DNA from: Bugula neritina
Taxonomy: Eukaryota > Animalia > Bryozoa
DNA length: 58,231 nucleotides
Direction: 5' to 3'
Assembly: GCA_964035545.1 (NCBI GenBank)
Contig: CAXIUT010000180.1
Coordinates: 1 to 58,231, forward strand
The position numbers were made by a program, and so were the translations under genes. Positions 40,528 through 53,441 of this stretch are shown in pieces. The notes beneath the pieces were generated by a model, which made no database searches, was not told where the DNA came from, and was given only the letters and a program-made list of their open reading frames with translations. Numbering within the stretch: the stretch's first letter is position 1; the number at the start of each line of letters is the position of its first letter.

Positions 40528-41030
40528 TCAAACCATTTGAGTCATCACTCCTCTTGAAGATTCCATTTCCTCTTAATTTTATCTAGAACATGATAAGAGA
40601 AGTATCATAATACAGAGAGGGAAAAAACCTAATACCCAACCAATAATTACATCAGACAACAAAAGATCATAGTAACTTTTGAAAAATTATTTGAACAAGT
40701 CGGTATCAAGACCACGATAGTACAAAGTTACAGTTGATTGATATCCAAATTACATCGCCAAGCTAAAAGCTGTAAGTCCAATCAATGATTTCTGACTCCT
40801 TCTATTTCTAAAACCTGATAGAAGAGCAGCAAAACTGAATATAGCAGTTAAGCTAGCAGTCACAATCAAAAATGAAATCATATTGACCAAGTTATCAGAT
40901 GAATTTATGACGAATTATTGATAAGTTCTAGCAGAAACTAAATAAAGAATTAAGTACGGGCGAGATGAAGACCAGCTACCAGAATGACAAGAACCAAAGA
41001 GATGATAAAGAAAGGTTTATGTTGGGTCAT
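40528..41030 (-). CDS. Four-TM family copy 4; 20-nt intron 40938-40957
   Basis: Intact 161 codons after splicing; AM(TAA=E)FGY, DLLLSDVIIGWVLG. Confidence 0.8.
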
Positions 41031-41333
41031 TCGATTTTTAAAATATTAATCAGAATTAATAACTAATTTATTTATTGGTTCATAAAATAAATTTATTTTT
41101 GATTTAGGAAAACTAATAGTTTAAGTATTTTAATTTATATCATTCAAAATATTTGATTTGATTAGAATAAAGATTCAAAGATAAATATATCTTTTATTTG
41201 GTTATTTTTATTAAAAATATCATTTTTTATATCAACTTTTATCAAGTTCTTTTATGATAAAATTATCTAATAAAGTATAAGAATAATTAAGTCTAATTTT
41301 ATATTTTAGTTGTTTGATCAGATTATAATAACT

Positions 41334-41925
41334 ATGTATCACTAATCAGAATAGACAAAATTCGATGGCTAATAAGATTTCTAGAAAGCAATCAAGTTCC
41401 ATACTCTGTAAATAAAACTATAATCAGACTATCCACAGAATTCAAATAAGAATTGTATATGTTAAAAGTGACTTTTCCACAAAAATAAAACAAAGAGTAA
41501 TTCATCGCTTAGTTCAATTAACTAGACGATTTAGAAAGAATAATGTGGTGCGATCATTAACTCAAATAAGCATATAATTAATATAAATATCGAAGAGATG
41601 GAAGAGATAATGCTAAAAAAAGTATCCTTTGGGTTCTTTCTATCTGCAAATAATACAACAGTATCTCTACTACTATCTAGTAAGACTCACCAAAAACTAT
41701 AATCTCATGAAAATGATTAAAATAATCTGGTTAACATAAATATAAGCTCAAGATACTGTAAAATAAAAGCTAAAAGAAGTATTCAAAGCAATGGGATAGT
41801 ACTCTTAAAATCAAGCCAACAACAATAAGCCAATAAACCAAACAGCTACGTCAAATGGTAGTTCTAAAAAGAAAGTAGAAACGAATTGTTTTGGTTGCGC
41901 AGGTAACGAATGCACTATATATTGA
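41334..41925 (+). CDS. Divergent acyl-CoA-binding-domain-like protein with C-terminal Cys cluster/CaaX-like end; 20-nt introns 41408-41427 and 41661-41680
   Basis: EEDFEKAIKF..LSTEFKEELYML; ends CFGCAGNECTIY. Confidence 0.5.
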
Positions 41926-41967
41926 TGTTTCATATCCTAAACATTTTTATCAAATAGATAAGATCTA

Positions 41968-42804
41968 TCATTTCCAATCGCATTCATTGGCACAAAAATG
42001 AAGATGGTCCTTTCCTGGAGAACATTCTCTCGGTCTCTGAGGCATGTAGTTTATCAGACATCCGCATTCTTTCTGGTTCTGAAGACCCTTGTATTGCTAT
42101 ATCAATCAATAAATACAGAATTATAGCTTGTCTTTCCTTAGAAACGACCTGTGCTACCAGTATATTGCCCTCGGCAGCAAGTCTGTGGTCTCTTATCTCC
42201 TTCAACCTGGAACTTTTTGTATTAGTCATTGTATGTAGTATGATCATTGAAAGGAAGATCATTTTGCTGGTAGGCATAATGTTTCTTCATTTATGTTTGT
42301 TATCCTTTTTTGCCTTATAAAAATCACCATAAGTAGTATGCCCTTAAAATCTTCCTTGGTTAGGTTTGAACTGATGACAGCATTGAGCAGGTTGCTGTAA
42401 TTCAATCTTATTTTTGATATAGCTTTTGTTGTACTCAGTTTAATCATTAAACTTAGCTGTATTGGGATGATAGGCATATTTATGTTGAACAAAGGTAGGT
42501 TATTGTGGATAGGCATGATAATTAACTCGATAAGTCGATTTAAGAACATCAGGATCATATTGACTTTTGTTCAAAGTATAGGCACATTTAGTTGACTTTT
42601 GAACAGCTACGTTATGAGCTTTATAGAGATCATGATTCGTTGTATTTCCATTGAAAGGGACATGTCGAGGTGGACAGTGATGTTTCTCTATGTTATTTAT
42701 CAGTTACTGCATGTACAGATTTGACAAACACACTTATTGTCTGACTAATAACACTTTTTTTTGAGGAGCTATTCGCACTTACTTTGATTGCAGCAGGTAG
42801 TCAT
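41968..42804 (-). CDS. SAXO: SAXO/FAM154 (STOP-domain) microtubule-stabilising protein; two 20-nt introns, one apparent 1-nt deletion at 42306-42311
   Basis: CVCQICTCKKHHCP N-terminus; repeats PFNGNTTNHD, RFEGHTTY, PFNDHTTYND, RFEGKTSY. Confidence 0.8.
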
Positions 42805-42864
42805 TCTGATAAATAAATTTTATAGAAAAGTTATAAAATATTTAATTCCATTTATCAAAAATCA

Positions 42865-42933
42865 GGGGTTGGGGTTGGGGTTGGGGTTGGGGTTGGGGTT
42901 GGGGTTGGGGTTGGGGTTGGGGTTGGGGTTGGG
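42865..42933 (+). repeat. Internal telomeric tract 3 (GGGGTT)n, 69 bp
   Basis: Perfect repeats starting GGGG and ending TTGGG. Confidence 0.97.
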
Positions 42934-43060
42934 AAAAAAACTTTTAATTTTTATTTTGTCTGATAAACACAATAAAAATAAAAATAAATAAAAACCTTAT
43001 CTTTTAGTAATAATTATATTTGATTGTTAAACATAAATTGCAGAGCAATCATAAACTTCT

Positions 43061-46000
43061 TCACTCCATAACAATGTAAGTATAGTCTTCAGTATTTTAA
43101 ATTATTTGTAAGGCAGAAAAGTCAATTAAAATAGTATTTCCTTAAACCCTTAGTCCGGTTAACTTGTTCCAATCCTCATTTTCACTTTTAGCCATCATAA
43201 TACTAAACTCCTTAATCTTTAAAATCAACTATAACTCCTCAGAGCTAGCTTTATAGATAAACCCTTTGTTCATGAGTTGAGTTTCAATGATCTTTTCTTC
43301 ATTGTTCTTCTCCATTCTATTTTTGTTAAAAATAAGTTCTTCAGCTTCTGATGATTTATCAAATTACTTTTATATCATTTTAGAATTACTTTCTGTTGAG
43401 TTTTTTTACTTACAGTCAATAGCCAAAAATTAACAAACACTCAAAACAATATCTTTAGAAAAATTAGGATTGTTCTTTATCTCCTAAGTTATACTAAAAA
43501 TCTATGATAAAACAGTAAATCTTAGCTGTCTAAGAGTCTTAATTTCTGACAGTTAATATTCAATTGTTGTATAGTTCATTAAACTTTTAAGAATTGAAAC
43601 AAAAAGTCCTAATAATCGCTTCCCTTTTATAGGATTCCCTAATTTCTTTAACAATTGTAAAGTTTCTGTTTGTAAATGATAATTATTTTTGAGAATATTA
43701 TTTTCAAGCAATGGCTATAATTATTTTATCTATTCTTCTATCAAATCTTCAGAGATAGTGATAAGAGTTTTAGTACTGTTAGTTCGTACTTTCAAGATAG
43801 AATGAGATAGATTTTTAAATATATTTTTTCTACAATCTTTCCAATTAAACTTTTTTCCCACATTTGCCACAAAAAATCCAATTCCTCTAGTACAATTCGA
43901 AGCTATTTTTTCTTTATCACTTCCACTATGAGCCAACATATACTAAAGACAAGCTTTCAATTGTTATTATGTCAAAGCTAAAGAAAATGATGGTACTTTA
44001 GCCCAATTAGATAATCCCCAACTGATTTTAACAATAGAATTAAATGATTTATATTGTTTTGATAATTATAAAAGACATGATATTGATTTTCCAACTATCT
44101 CTTGACTTTGGAATTATCCGCAAAAAGACATATAACCTATCAATTTTATAAGAGATATTCTGACTAAACTATTATTTTTAATACTATCAATAGGCTAAAA
44201 CTAATTATTTATTTATTTTACTGAGACAAAAGAATTAAAACAATGCAGAAGAAATTGTTTTACATACTGAAACTCTTGTTTACTCCACTAACTATAATCA
44301 ATATAAGTCAAAATACCTAAAATATGGATATAATTATTAGGCGATACATCTTAAGAATATACCTTGATAAAACGAACTAAAAAGTCCATTAAAGAATTCA
44401 TTTGTACACTTGAAACCTTATTTCTGTTATTTGGATTATTGATTGATTGCTGCTCATCAAGATAACTTTTAAATACTTCTTCTACAAAGATTGTATATGA
44501 ATGATTTATTTTATTGATAAATGTTGACTAGAGATAGTTCCAAATTGAAGGTTATTCTTCACTTATTTTATAGAAGAGACAAGAATAATAATTTTTACAT
44601 AATTTTGTAAAATAGTTTATAATCTAAAGCACAAGTTTATCTTCATTACTTCTATGACTCATAACATCGATCAACTTACTATTGATATTAGATGTTGTTG
44701 ATTTTAGATAGGTTTGTTCGATCTATAACCATTTTCTATTACTATTCATCAAAACAGATAAAAAGTTAATACATAATATTTTTAATTATTCCAACTAAAA
44801 GATTGTCCACTAGAATTATAAAATAGGAACAATGTAGTTACTTAATAATAGACCCATTCCTTCCTCAAATGACATCTTGTCAATAAGAGTACAATTGTTA
44901 CATAATTAACATAAAGTTTTAAAAATAAGAATCACTATCTGAAGATTCTTCTAGTAGTATAGTACAAATAATAGAAAATAAAGAGCGTTTCTTAGACCGG
45001 AAAATACAATAAATGATTTAGGAACAAAAGATGATTTAGTTTATTTTAACAATTTTTATATATAAGCACTTTATGTAGTTGCTATAAGTTTTTTTCCTTG
45101 AAAATTTGATATCATATTAAGAATACAGTTGATTGAATTTGATTTAACTTTGTTATTTCTTTAAAAAATAGATAAAAGAATTAAACTATGATCACCAAAA
45201 TTACTTCTCATAAAATTAGCTATTTATTTCTTCTAGTCAGAATCCATCTTTATTTATGAAGTTGATATTCTTAATTTTTTAACATGGCTCAAAAAATCTT
45301 TTGTTAGAATATTCGTAGTTACGCACATCTACCAATAATTTTATACTATATTAGGATAATATTTAAACAAAAATGATAAAACGCTAGTCGCATTTATTCT
45401 TATTTTTTGATGAGCTGAATGAATTTTTCTTGATTTCTTTTCTTCTCTTGATAATTTGTCAGCCTACTAGTAATCTGAACATTACGATAAACTTGAAAAT
45501 CCTCCATCAAGATAGGCATGCTAAAAATTGAAGTTTTAATAGTTATGTTCTTTTCTTTTACCAAATAATTTATCATGAAAAGTTTAGTTTCCCAAAAAAC
45601 ATAGTTTAAATATAAATTTTATACACTTTTAAAGATCCATTCCATTATTCTTTGGTATTTTCTATCCTTTAGAAGACTCAATCAACCTTTACAACTCCTC
45701 ATGGAAAAATATAACAAAAATCAATATTTTATTCAGAGATTTGACATAATCTAAATTGTCTATTTGCTGATAGAAAGGAATTTGCATATTATTAAGAGTC
45801 ACACAAAATATTCTTACTACTTCTTATAAAAATTTAAGATACTTTTTAGTCACTTAACTTTGAAACCAATGAATCATAACATCTATAATTATTTTTATCT
45901 TATTAAATTACAACTTTCCTTGAACTCTACTCATTTTATTTAACTACTATATGATAGTCTTGAACTATTCTTCTTCATTTTTTAATTTATTTAATGGTTT

Positions 46001-46838
46001 TCTCTATTTCGTCCATTATTACCATTGCTTATACTTGAATTCCTGAACCTGCATATTAGATTTAGTTATATTTTTAGAAGCCTACCAAAAACCAAGATTA
46101 TTTTCCTTTGCATTGTTTCTTGACTTATTGTATTATTATATCTTCTAAGCAGTCAAATATTTAGAAGCATCTTTTGATAACTATGAATAACCATCTCTAA
46201 TTGTTTTTTATCTGATATTTACTTTATCTCTTATTCTCACTATCTATCCGAATATATTCACTTACTACTTATAACTTTCTGATCCCTAGACTGTTAATTC
46301 TATGAATTATCCTTCAATTTGATGTTTAAAATATGATTGCGAACGCTACCACATTTCTTTTGGATGAATGTTTCCCACTCTAATAAGTTTAAGTTATGAA
46401 AAGTAAAAAGTAAGATATTTTAGATCACTAAGGTTGATAAGTTAAATTTTTAAACATTATGCTTTACTCACAAAGCAATTAAGCTTCTTTATTGAATCAA
46501 TCTAACTTCCCAGATATATTTTTTATTCTTTTTCTTTGTAAAGAGAAGTTATCTCTACTCCCTAAAAATAAATGATTCCCTTGATGTAATCTTCTCTTAT
46601 TTTATGTGTCTTCTTCTTCAGAAATTCATACTATATTTTTTAAGAAAATATTTTTTGAAGTAAATGCGAAAAACATTTATTCTCTGTCTGCTTAACTTGT
46701 ATTTTTATAAGGGAGTTGTCCTTCACATCTTGGATAATGAACTAAAATGGAGAAGCTATCTTCAATATTTTTGCCTCGTTATGTTCCTGCATTGCAAATT
46801 TAATTTAAGCTATTTTAAAAACTTCCCCCTTTTAACAT
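43061..46838 (-). CDS. HEATR6-like HEAT-repeat protein; 5' end uncertain (46000-46838 may be a separate gene)
   Basis: SDKEKIASNCTRGIG, LKVRTNSTKTL, HQKIRINATSVL and SFVPKS resemble HEATR6/DUF4042 motifs; TGA at 43061. Confidence 0.6.
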
Positions 46839-46918
46839 TAAAGAATTAAATCTGGATAATAATGACGAAAATCTATCAAAAGTATTTTATTAATATTATT
46901 AGTCAATATAATGAATGA

Positions 46919-48215
46919 TCATCTTCTAGCTGCTGGTAAATTAACATTATCAATAGTGCTGTTGATCTTAGTTTTAAGCATCTGAGCCAGTCTAGTATAC
47001 TCCTCTTTGTATCTCCTAGCTTCCTCCTCATAAGCATAGCATCTCTCAGAAAGTTCTCTTCTCTTCCTTTCAGCATCATTCTATACATCTTTAATTGCAG
47101 ATTTAGCCTCTTTCAAACTCATAACCAGCTGAGAATTCTCTTGTCGTTTGCTCTATACTTGTTGTTTCAATAATTTTATTTCGGATTAGTTCCCTGATAC
47201 AGATCTACTAACTAAGTTATCCTTTTAAGCAAGCTCGTTCTTTACTTTCGATAGAAGATAATTCAGTTGATTGATTTGTTCTTCACAATCAGATCTGTCT
47301 TGTCTTAATTTTGCATTTTAATCATCAAAATCTCTCTCAAGATCTGATATCTTATTTTCTTTATCTTGTACTATCCTTATCAACTCTTGAACTTTCCTCG
47401 TAAGTCCTTATTTCCCATCTTCAATCATCTTCATTTTGGATTAATATGATTTAGTTAGATATTGAGCTTTCTTGATCTCTTAATCTCTTGCTTTATTTCT
47501 TGTATCCCTTAATTGTTCTTCAAATTGAAGTCTATTGGAGATAAGAAGATCGTTAAGCTTTTTATTATCCATTCCTAAATCCTAAATAAAAGTTAAAATA
47601 CTCTTTTTGCCATTTAGGCAGCTTTTGATTTTTCTTAAAGATTTTTAATTTTTCTTTCCATTTAGAAAGTCAGCTGTTCAACATAGTCCTGTCCTTCTTT
47701 TTTGAATTTATCGAATTCTTCATTGTATTGGCTAGTAGTATCTTCAAAATTTTTAGTTTCCATACTGAGTTGAGTCTCTAATTCCTGGATTTTTCCACCA
47801 TATACTTCTTACAATCTAGCTATTTCATGTTTAAGTTGATTATTATTAGTTGCCAGATCTTGATTTTGATGAAGTAGATTATTGATTTTGAACTAGGCCT
47901 CTGAAAGTAACACTTCTTTGCGACTAAATTAATCTTTAAGTTTGATCAATTTGTTTTAAAACTAAATTCTTCGTTTCCTTTAGTTATCCAAATCGTTCTC
48001 CATCTTGTCCTTAGTTTATCTGAACTTATGTCGTTCGTTTTAAAGCATAAACTAGATTTATCCCATGCCACCATGATCTTCCATTCCATCTAAATCGACA
48101 ATAAAATACTTCTAAATGATTGTTTATTGAATCCTCGAGATACGTTGCTGTAGCCCAGATTATTTGGACTGTAAGAAGCATCGAAATTTCCTCCAAAATT
48201 AGGTCTGTAAGCCAT
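46919..48215 (-). CDS. Long coiled-coil protein; 20-nt introns around 48089-48108 and at 47582-47601
   Basis: Starts MAYRPNFGGNF; continuous heptad-like E/K/L pattern. Confidence 0.7.
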
Positions 48216-48314
48216 ATTCTATTCAACTGAATATTCACTTAATAAATTAAATAAACCCTGGGAGTTTCTATTATTACATACCAGATTTCATAATTAATTT
48301 ATAGTATCAGCAGC

Positions 48315-48758
48315 ATGTCAAAAAAAGAAAAAGGTGGTTTAGGAACTGGCTTTTTTGCAGGTCTCTTAGGAGTAGGAATTGGAGTTGTTGGAGCCTTAAT
48401 AGCTTCCAAAGTTATGGATGACTAAAAGAAAAAACAACCATAATTACCTTAATATCTAAATAACCTCCAATAAAAACGTAAAAGAAAGAGAATATTTCAC
48501 AAAAGTAGTAAAAAATAAACTGAAACAGTTGATGAAACATTTGAAGATACTTTACTTTGTCCTATTTCTCAAGAATTAATGGATGATCCAGTTACCATAT
48601 CAGAGTGTGGACATTCATACGATAAAAAGACAATTTCTCCAATATTAGACAAATATCATGTCTGTCCTTTATGTAGAAAATAAGCAAGTTCTCAAAACTT
48701 AGTACCAAATTATCAACTTAAACATGTTATCGATCACTACAAAATAACAAAAAAATGA
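48315..48758 (+). CDS. U-box E3 ligase with N-terminal Gly-rich TM anchor
   Basis: FTCPISQELMDDPVTISECGHSYDKKTI..CPLCR..LVPNYQLK; 148 codons. Confidence 0.9.
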
Positions 48759-48945
48759 TCAATCATCTTATTTTAATACTTATCCAATAACTTATTTAAT
48801 GATTAATTTTTGAAAAATCAATAAACCTAGAATATATATTGAATTATAACAAAATACTTTTACAAGCAATAAATATTCTAGAAAAATCTATACTATTATT
48901 CAAACAATCAGAATTTATGGAATTTATAAATTTAATATAAATACT

Positions 48946-49719
48946 ATGATTCAAAAACAACATTCGAATAAAAGATTAGCTAACATTTTATTGAAATAAA
49001 ATAAATGCAATAAAAATGTTTATTAAATTCATTCAATACATCATAGATTTTTCACTCAAAAACAATGGACATTAAGTAACAGTTTCATTTATTAGATTTT
49101 GATGATTATCAAAATAAATAAATTAAATTCATACTCTAAAATTCATAAAAAATATTAATATAATTTTTAAACATCCGTTGTTCATTTTTTAATATAGATT
49201 ATGCCAAAAAATCTACTCTTTTGAAAGATCTATCACCAGTTTAATTTCCTAGACTAAAAGTTTTATCTTTAAGTAAATATTCATATTATTTATATGGAAA
49301 CTTGATAAAAAGTATCGAAAAACTTGGTTCAATCAATATGCCTCAACTATAAAATCTATTTTTAGGTCAAAATACGATAACTTCTCTTCGTTCTTTTAAA
49401 AAATGTTATTTTAAATTAGTACTAACTATATCATATAGAAAAAATTAGATTTATCCGACAATAAGTTAATTTCTTTAGATGAACTTTGGCTGTATTTAGA
49501 TCTTTCTAATCTATAAATATTTACTGCATGTATTTTTTGTCATAAATAGATGGAAAAAATAAAATAACTTTTAGCTTTAGTTTTACCAAAAGTAATATGA
49601 ATTACTAAAAAATAACTAAATTTATATTCAGCTATCAAAGAAAATTAAATATCAATAAACAATAAGATCTATTAAGAAGTTTAGGAATTCGATATGTTCG
49701 ATCTATTTAGACATAATGA
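48946..49719 (+). CDS. Leucine-rich-repeat protein, several tiny introns
   Basis: FPRLKVLSL, MPQLENLFLGQNTITSL, LEKLDLSDNKLISL. Confidence 0.65.
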
Positions 49720-49770
49720 TATCTTTAACTTTATCGTTAGTATTTATATTAAAATAACGAATAAAATCAA

Positions 49771-50157
49771 ATGAGAAGATCAATAAATTCAAAAGAAAAA
49801 ATAGTCATGGATAAATCAAGACTCCTAACATAAACCAAAAGAATTACAAAACCTAATATCTCTAATCACAGCAAAATAGTCTAAATTTAATAAAAGGTCA
49901 AGATGTTTGGAGGCCTCTAAGAAATGTAAGAATAATTTCTCAAAGATATCAATCTTAATAATCAAAGACTAGACAACATAATTTCTTGTGTTAAAAACAT
50001 GATGAAAGTAGATTCTAAAGGCAAAAGGTCAGGAGTATCGCCTCTAGGTAAATCTAACATCACCAAAAAAGTATAAAAAGATAAATCAAGTAAAAGACTT
50101 ATATAAAGAGTAGAAAAAGCTATCTCCTATCAAAATTATCAACATGGTACAAAATGA
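49771..50157 (+). CDS. Hypothetical small basic protein
   Basis: Open ATG to TGA, 129 codons. Confidence 0.45.
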
Positions 50158-50225
50158 TATCTATCAAATTCCTTATTAGAATCAATCTTATGTTAATAAT
50201 CTTTAAAAATTATTAATAGAATAAA

Positions 50226-51186
50226 TCATTTTCTATTAATCCTATCTGATTGAACATGCCATCCATTGGTGCTTGTCTTCTTTCTTCTTATTTCATTGTA
50301 AATATCTCCGTCATATTGTCCAAATTATGAAGGAAGAGGATAGTATCCGGGTCCTGGATTTCCATATTACTTCTTGAAAACCTTATCGAAGAAAGACTAT
50401 CTCATATCTCGATCGAATTTAGCTTTTGTCCCACCTCTATTCTGAGAAAGAACGTAACTTCCTGTCTTAGGAAGATTATTGATCTCTTTGTATTTTCCTG
50501 GACCAGGAGCTATAGTTGCTTTATTAGCTAATTAATACATGATGGAGAAAATCTATTCTGTCTTGACTGTGAATAGCTTAGATTTTGGAATTTAGAACCA
50601 GATTTAGATGGGCTCATTGCTTATTTTTAAGGATTTATATAACTTCCAGGCCCTGGATTTATATTTTGAGGCTCAATCGTTTTAGTCTTGTCAATGACAA
50701 CAGTTTTAGGTCGTAAAGAGTATTTAGGAGAAGTAGCTCTTTTAGGTTTATCATTATTGTATTGCACAGAAGAAGGAACAGCTTCTTGTTATTTTGGTAC
50801 ATAATTGCTAAAAGATACTTTCTTCATTATTAAATATTTACTTCTCGACCCAAAGCGAAGACAGCTCCTTTTTTCTTGGAAAGATTATCATCCCAAAAAG
50901 TGGGAAGATTGTATTTTCCTGAAGAAGGGGAGGCTGTTAGACATCTTGTGAAATCAGATTTGTTACCATATCCAATAGCAGCTCCATTTGAGTTTTTTTC
51001 CTTTGAAATCTCCTCCATAAGTATTTAATGGACAACTACATAACGATATTTTTACTTAGATTTGGCTGGATCAAAACGACTTCCTTTGGAAAATGAATAA
51101 GTCATCTTACTTCTAGACTGATTAGTAAGTGCTTTGTTTATTTTCGAGAAAGATGCAGTGGATGAGATGCAAAATTTGCTCTTCAT
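50226..51186 (-). CDS. STPG/ODF3 (SHIPPO-repeat) ciliary protein; tiny introns and one apparent extra base at 50993-50999
   Basis: YSFSKGSRF, IGYGNKSDFT, repeats PGPGSY, PGPGKY, PGPGYY. Confidence 0.85.
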
Positions 51187-51251
51187 AAATTTATTAAAAC
51201 TGAATTAAAACTTATCTTATTACTCCTAATACTAGTACAAAAAATACAAAG

Positions 51252-51504
51252 ATCTCAAATCATATCTTTTTCAGGCTACCATGATCCACAAATCAATGGA
51301 ATCACCTGAATAACTATATAGCTCATCACTATCACAACCAACAATAATGTATAAAAACTTCAAATTATCCTTAAAATATTTTTTCTTAATCTCCAGCTCT
51401 TCTCTCTGCTACTCATATCCAGGAACATACTCCGAAGCTTGTTCCGCTGCCTGCTTACTTACCTTCTAAATATATTCCTATGATGTTTTAGGTTAGCCCG
51501 CCAT
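51252..51504 (-). CDS. Small hypothetical protein, possibly with a C-terminal TM; 3' end uncertain
   Basis: ATG 51504. A TM-like frame appears after a 1-nt shift at the A5 run 51353-51357. Confidence 0.35.
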
Positions 51505-51536
51505 TGAACAAATATTATGTAAAATCAAATATAATA

Positions 51537-52742
51537 TCAAGAACCAATCAATAAAGTACTTCTATTTTTCAAGTATTGAGCTGAACTCACTCCAGCTGGA
51601 CGAACCTGATTCCATTTCTACTCTAGATTAGTTGAGTTAGCTGCTGTCTCATTGTCCCAATCTAAAGGATAGCATTCAGTGACTTTATATGCCAATTTAG
51701 AATGATTCTTTTTCTTTTATGCCACTTCCTTCATAAACTTTTATCTTCTCTACATAAACATTAATCCATCATCTTTTTCCTCTGTCTTTGACCTGATCTG
51801 TTTTTTCTTTTTATTTTTACTACCAATATGTAAATTAGGAGGATATACTCTTTTTGGAATATAATTTAAATTTTTATGAGATGGAGTCTTCTCTCTCAAC
51901 TTAGGAGTTCTATCCTCATTTGAAAATTTTACTTCATTCACTAAATCAGGCTTAAATATCTCAACATTATAGTATTCACTTATTTTCACTTTCACATCTT
52001 ATACCGTTGGATTTTAAACAGGTTTTCTTGGAACATGAGTCTAAAGATTGATAACATTAGCTTTATTAAGTGCTCCTATATGAGATTGAGGTAGCTCTGG
52101 TTTATTTTTACCTGCATGAGGCATAACACTATGAGATTTATGTTTGATGATAGATTTTTACTTAGAACCAGATCCATAGTGAGCAAAAGCAGGTTTACCA
52201 AAATATGTAGTAAAAGATGAATCAGGTAAATTTCTTGTATCTAGCCTAAAATCTTTTATATTTTGCTTACGAATCTAAATCTACCTTTTTTAAAATTCGT
52301 TAAATTGATCTAATTTCTTATCAGCTTTCTGTTTCATCTCTTGAAAATTTGGATTCTTCTTAACATTCTTAACTTTTGTATCTTTGCTTGGAGACTCATT
52401 TTATCCGCCATAATAATATAATTCATGCTTAATATGATGAGGCTTCATTTTTTTATCATCTTTTTTCAACTGATACGTATCTTATTTTTATCTTTTTTTT
52501 ACTATTATTTGTTGCGATTTATGAGGACTTTGATGTTAAGGCTTATCATAGATTTGTGGTTGTGTTAATTTGGGTTAACAATAGTTGGTTTGCATTTTGA
52601 TCATCCATTAGTTACTTTTGAGTGGATCATGATCCCATGATAGAATATCATACATAGAAGGTTGCTTATCTCTTGGTAGATAGTGAAGACCATGTCTGAT
52701 CTATTTGCTTTAATCTTCTTTTATTCTTAGTGTTCCAGACAT
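51537..52742 (-). CDS. Hypothetical P/H/K-rich protein (possibly ciliary)
   Basis: 402 codons; contains the supplied ORF 51750-51995 in frame. Confidence 0.7.
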
Positions 52743-52832
52743 CTTTTAAATTAATGAAAAAAAAGACGATAAAATTATCATTCATAAGAATGAATATTTT
52801 GATAGGAAATAAAAATTTGATTCTATGTGAGA

Positions 52833-53302
52833 TCAAACTATCCTAGGAGGAATACGATATAAAGAAGTTACAAGTTCATAATTTCTTATGGTGAATCCAA
52901 CTGCTTGTCGATGAACCATGAATTCCCATCTTGCCTTTTCACATAAAGTCACCAATTCATTGTATTGTTTGATTTCATTTGGAGTTTTTGATCTTCTCTG
53001 ATGTTCTTAATATTCTATTTATATCGAAGTTTACGTTCTTAAGCTTTTTTGATGTAGTGTTTTACTTTAGATTCTGAAGTTTTCAAAGCCCTTGATATTT
53101 CCTCACGCATTTGGTTCTATAATTGTTCAATTGATGAGTCTACAGAAAACTTTTGAGCTAGTTTAGCTTCAGTTTCAATAGCATATTTGTTCTGAGCAAT
53201 ACCACATTGAACCCTTTCAATTCTTTCTATATCTCTTTTGACTATTTATGACATTTTTCCTGCAAATGAAAAATTAGCTAGGCATCTTTTAAAGACAATC
53301 AT
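52833..53302 (-). CDS. Probable mitochondrial protein resembling DUF6665; one 20-nt intron
   Basis: Presequence-like MIVFKRCLANFS; EEISRAL..ARWEFMVHRQAVGF..LYRIPPRI. Confidence 0.55.
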
Positions 53303-53441
53303 TTAAAATTAAATATGATTATAACTTATATTGAACATTTTTGATGTATAAGAACTTACTCTAAACTATTTTTAAAATCAAAATAAACAACTTAATACAC
53401 TTTGATGTTTAACTATAGATATTAAATATCAAAAAGATAAT

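Noticed and set aside
7291-42933. CRISPR array or microsatellite reading of the GGGGTT tracts
   Set aside because: No spacers, identical to the terminal telomere repeat, and a eukaryotic context.
42788-42991. ORF with a (Gly-Leu)n repeat
   Set aside because: It is a translation of telomere tract 3 and overlaps the SAXO start on the opposite strand.
7200-43000. Tetrahymena-type chromosome breakage sequence (TAAACCAACCTCTTT) or another shared motif near the tracts
   Set aside because: No match seen by eye. Only a weak ATCA near four of five junctions, and that word is common throughout the intergenic DNA.
11823-52742. Functional clustering of ciliary genes (TEX9-like, CEP350-like, B9D1, SAXO, STPG)
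   Set aside because: They are interspersed with unrelated genes, and ciliary genes are abundant in ciliate genomes, so there is no evidence of a cluster.
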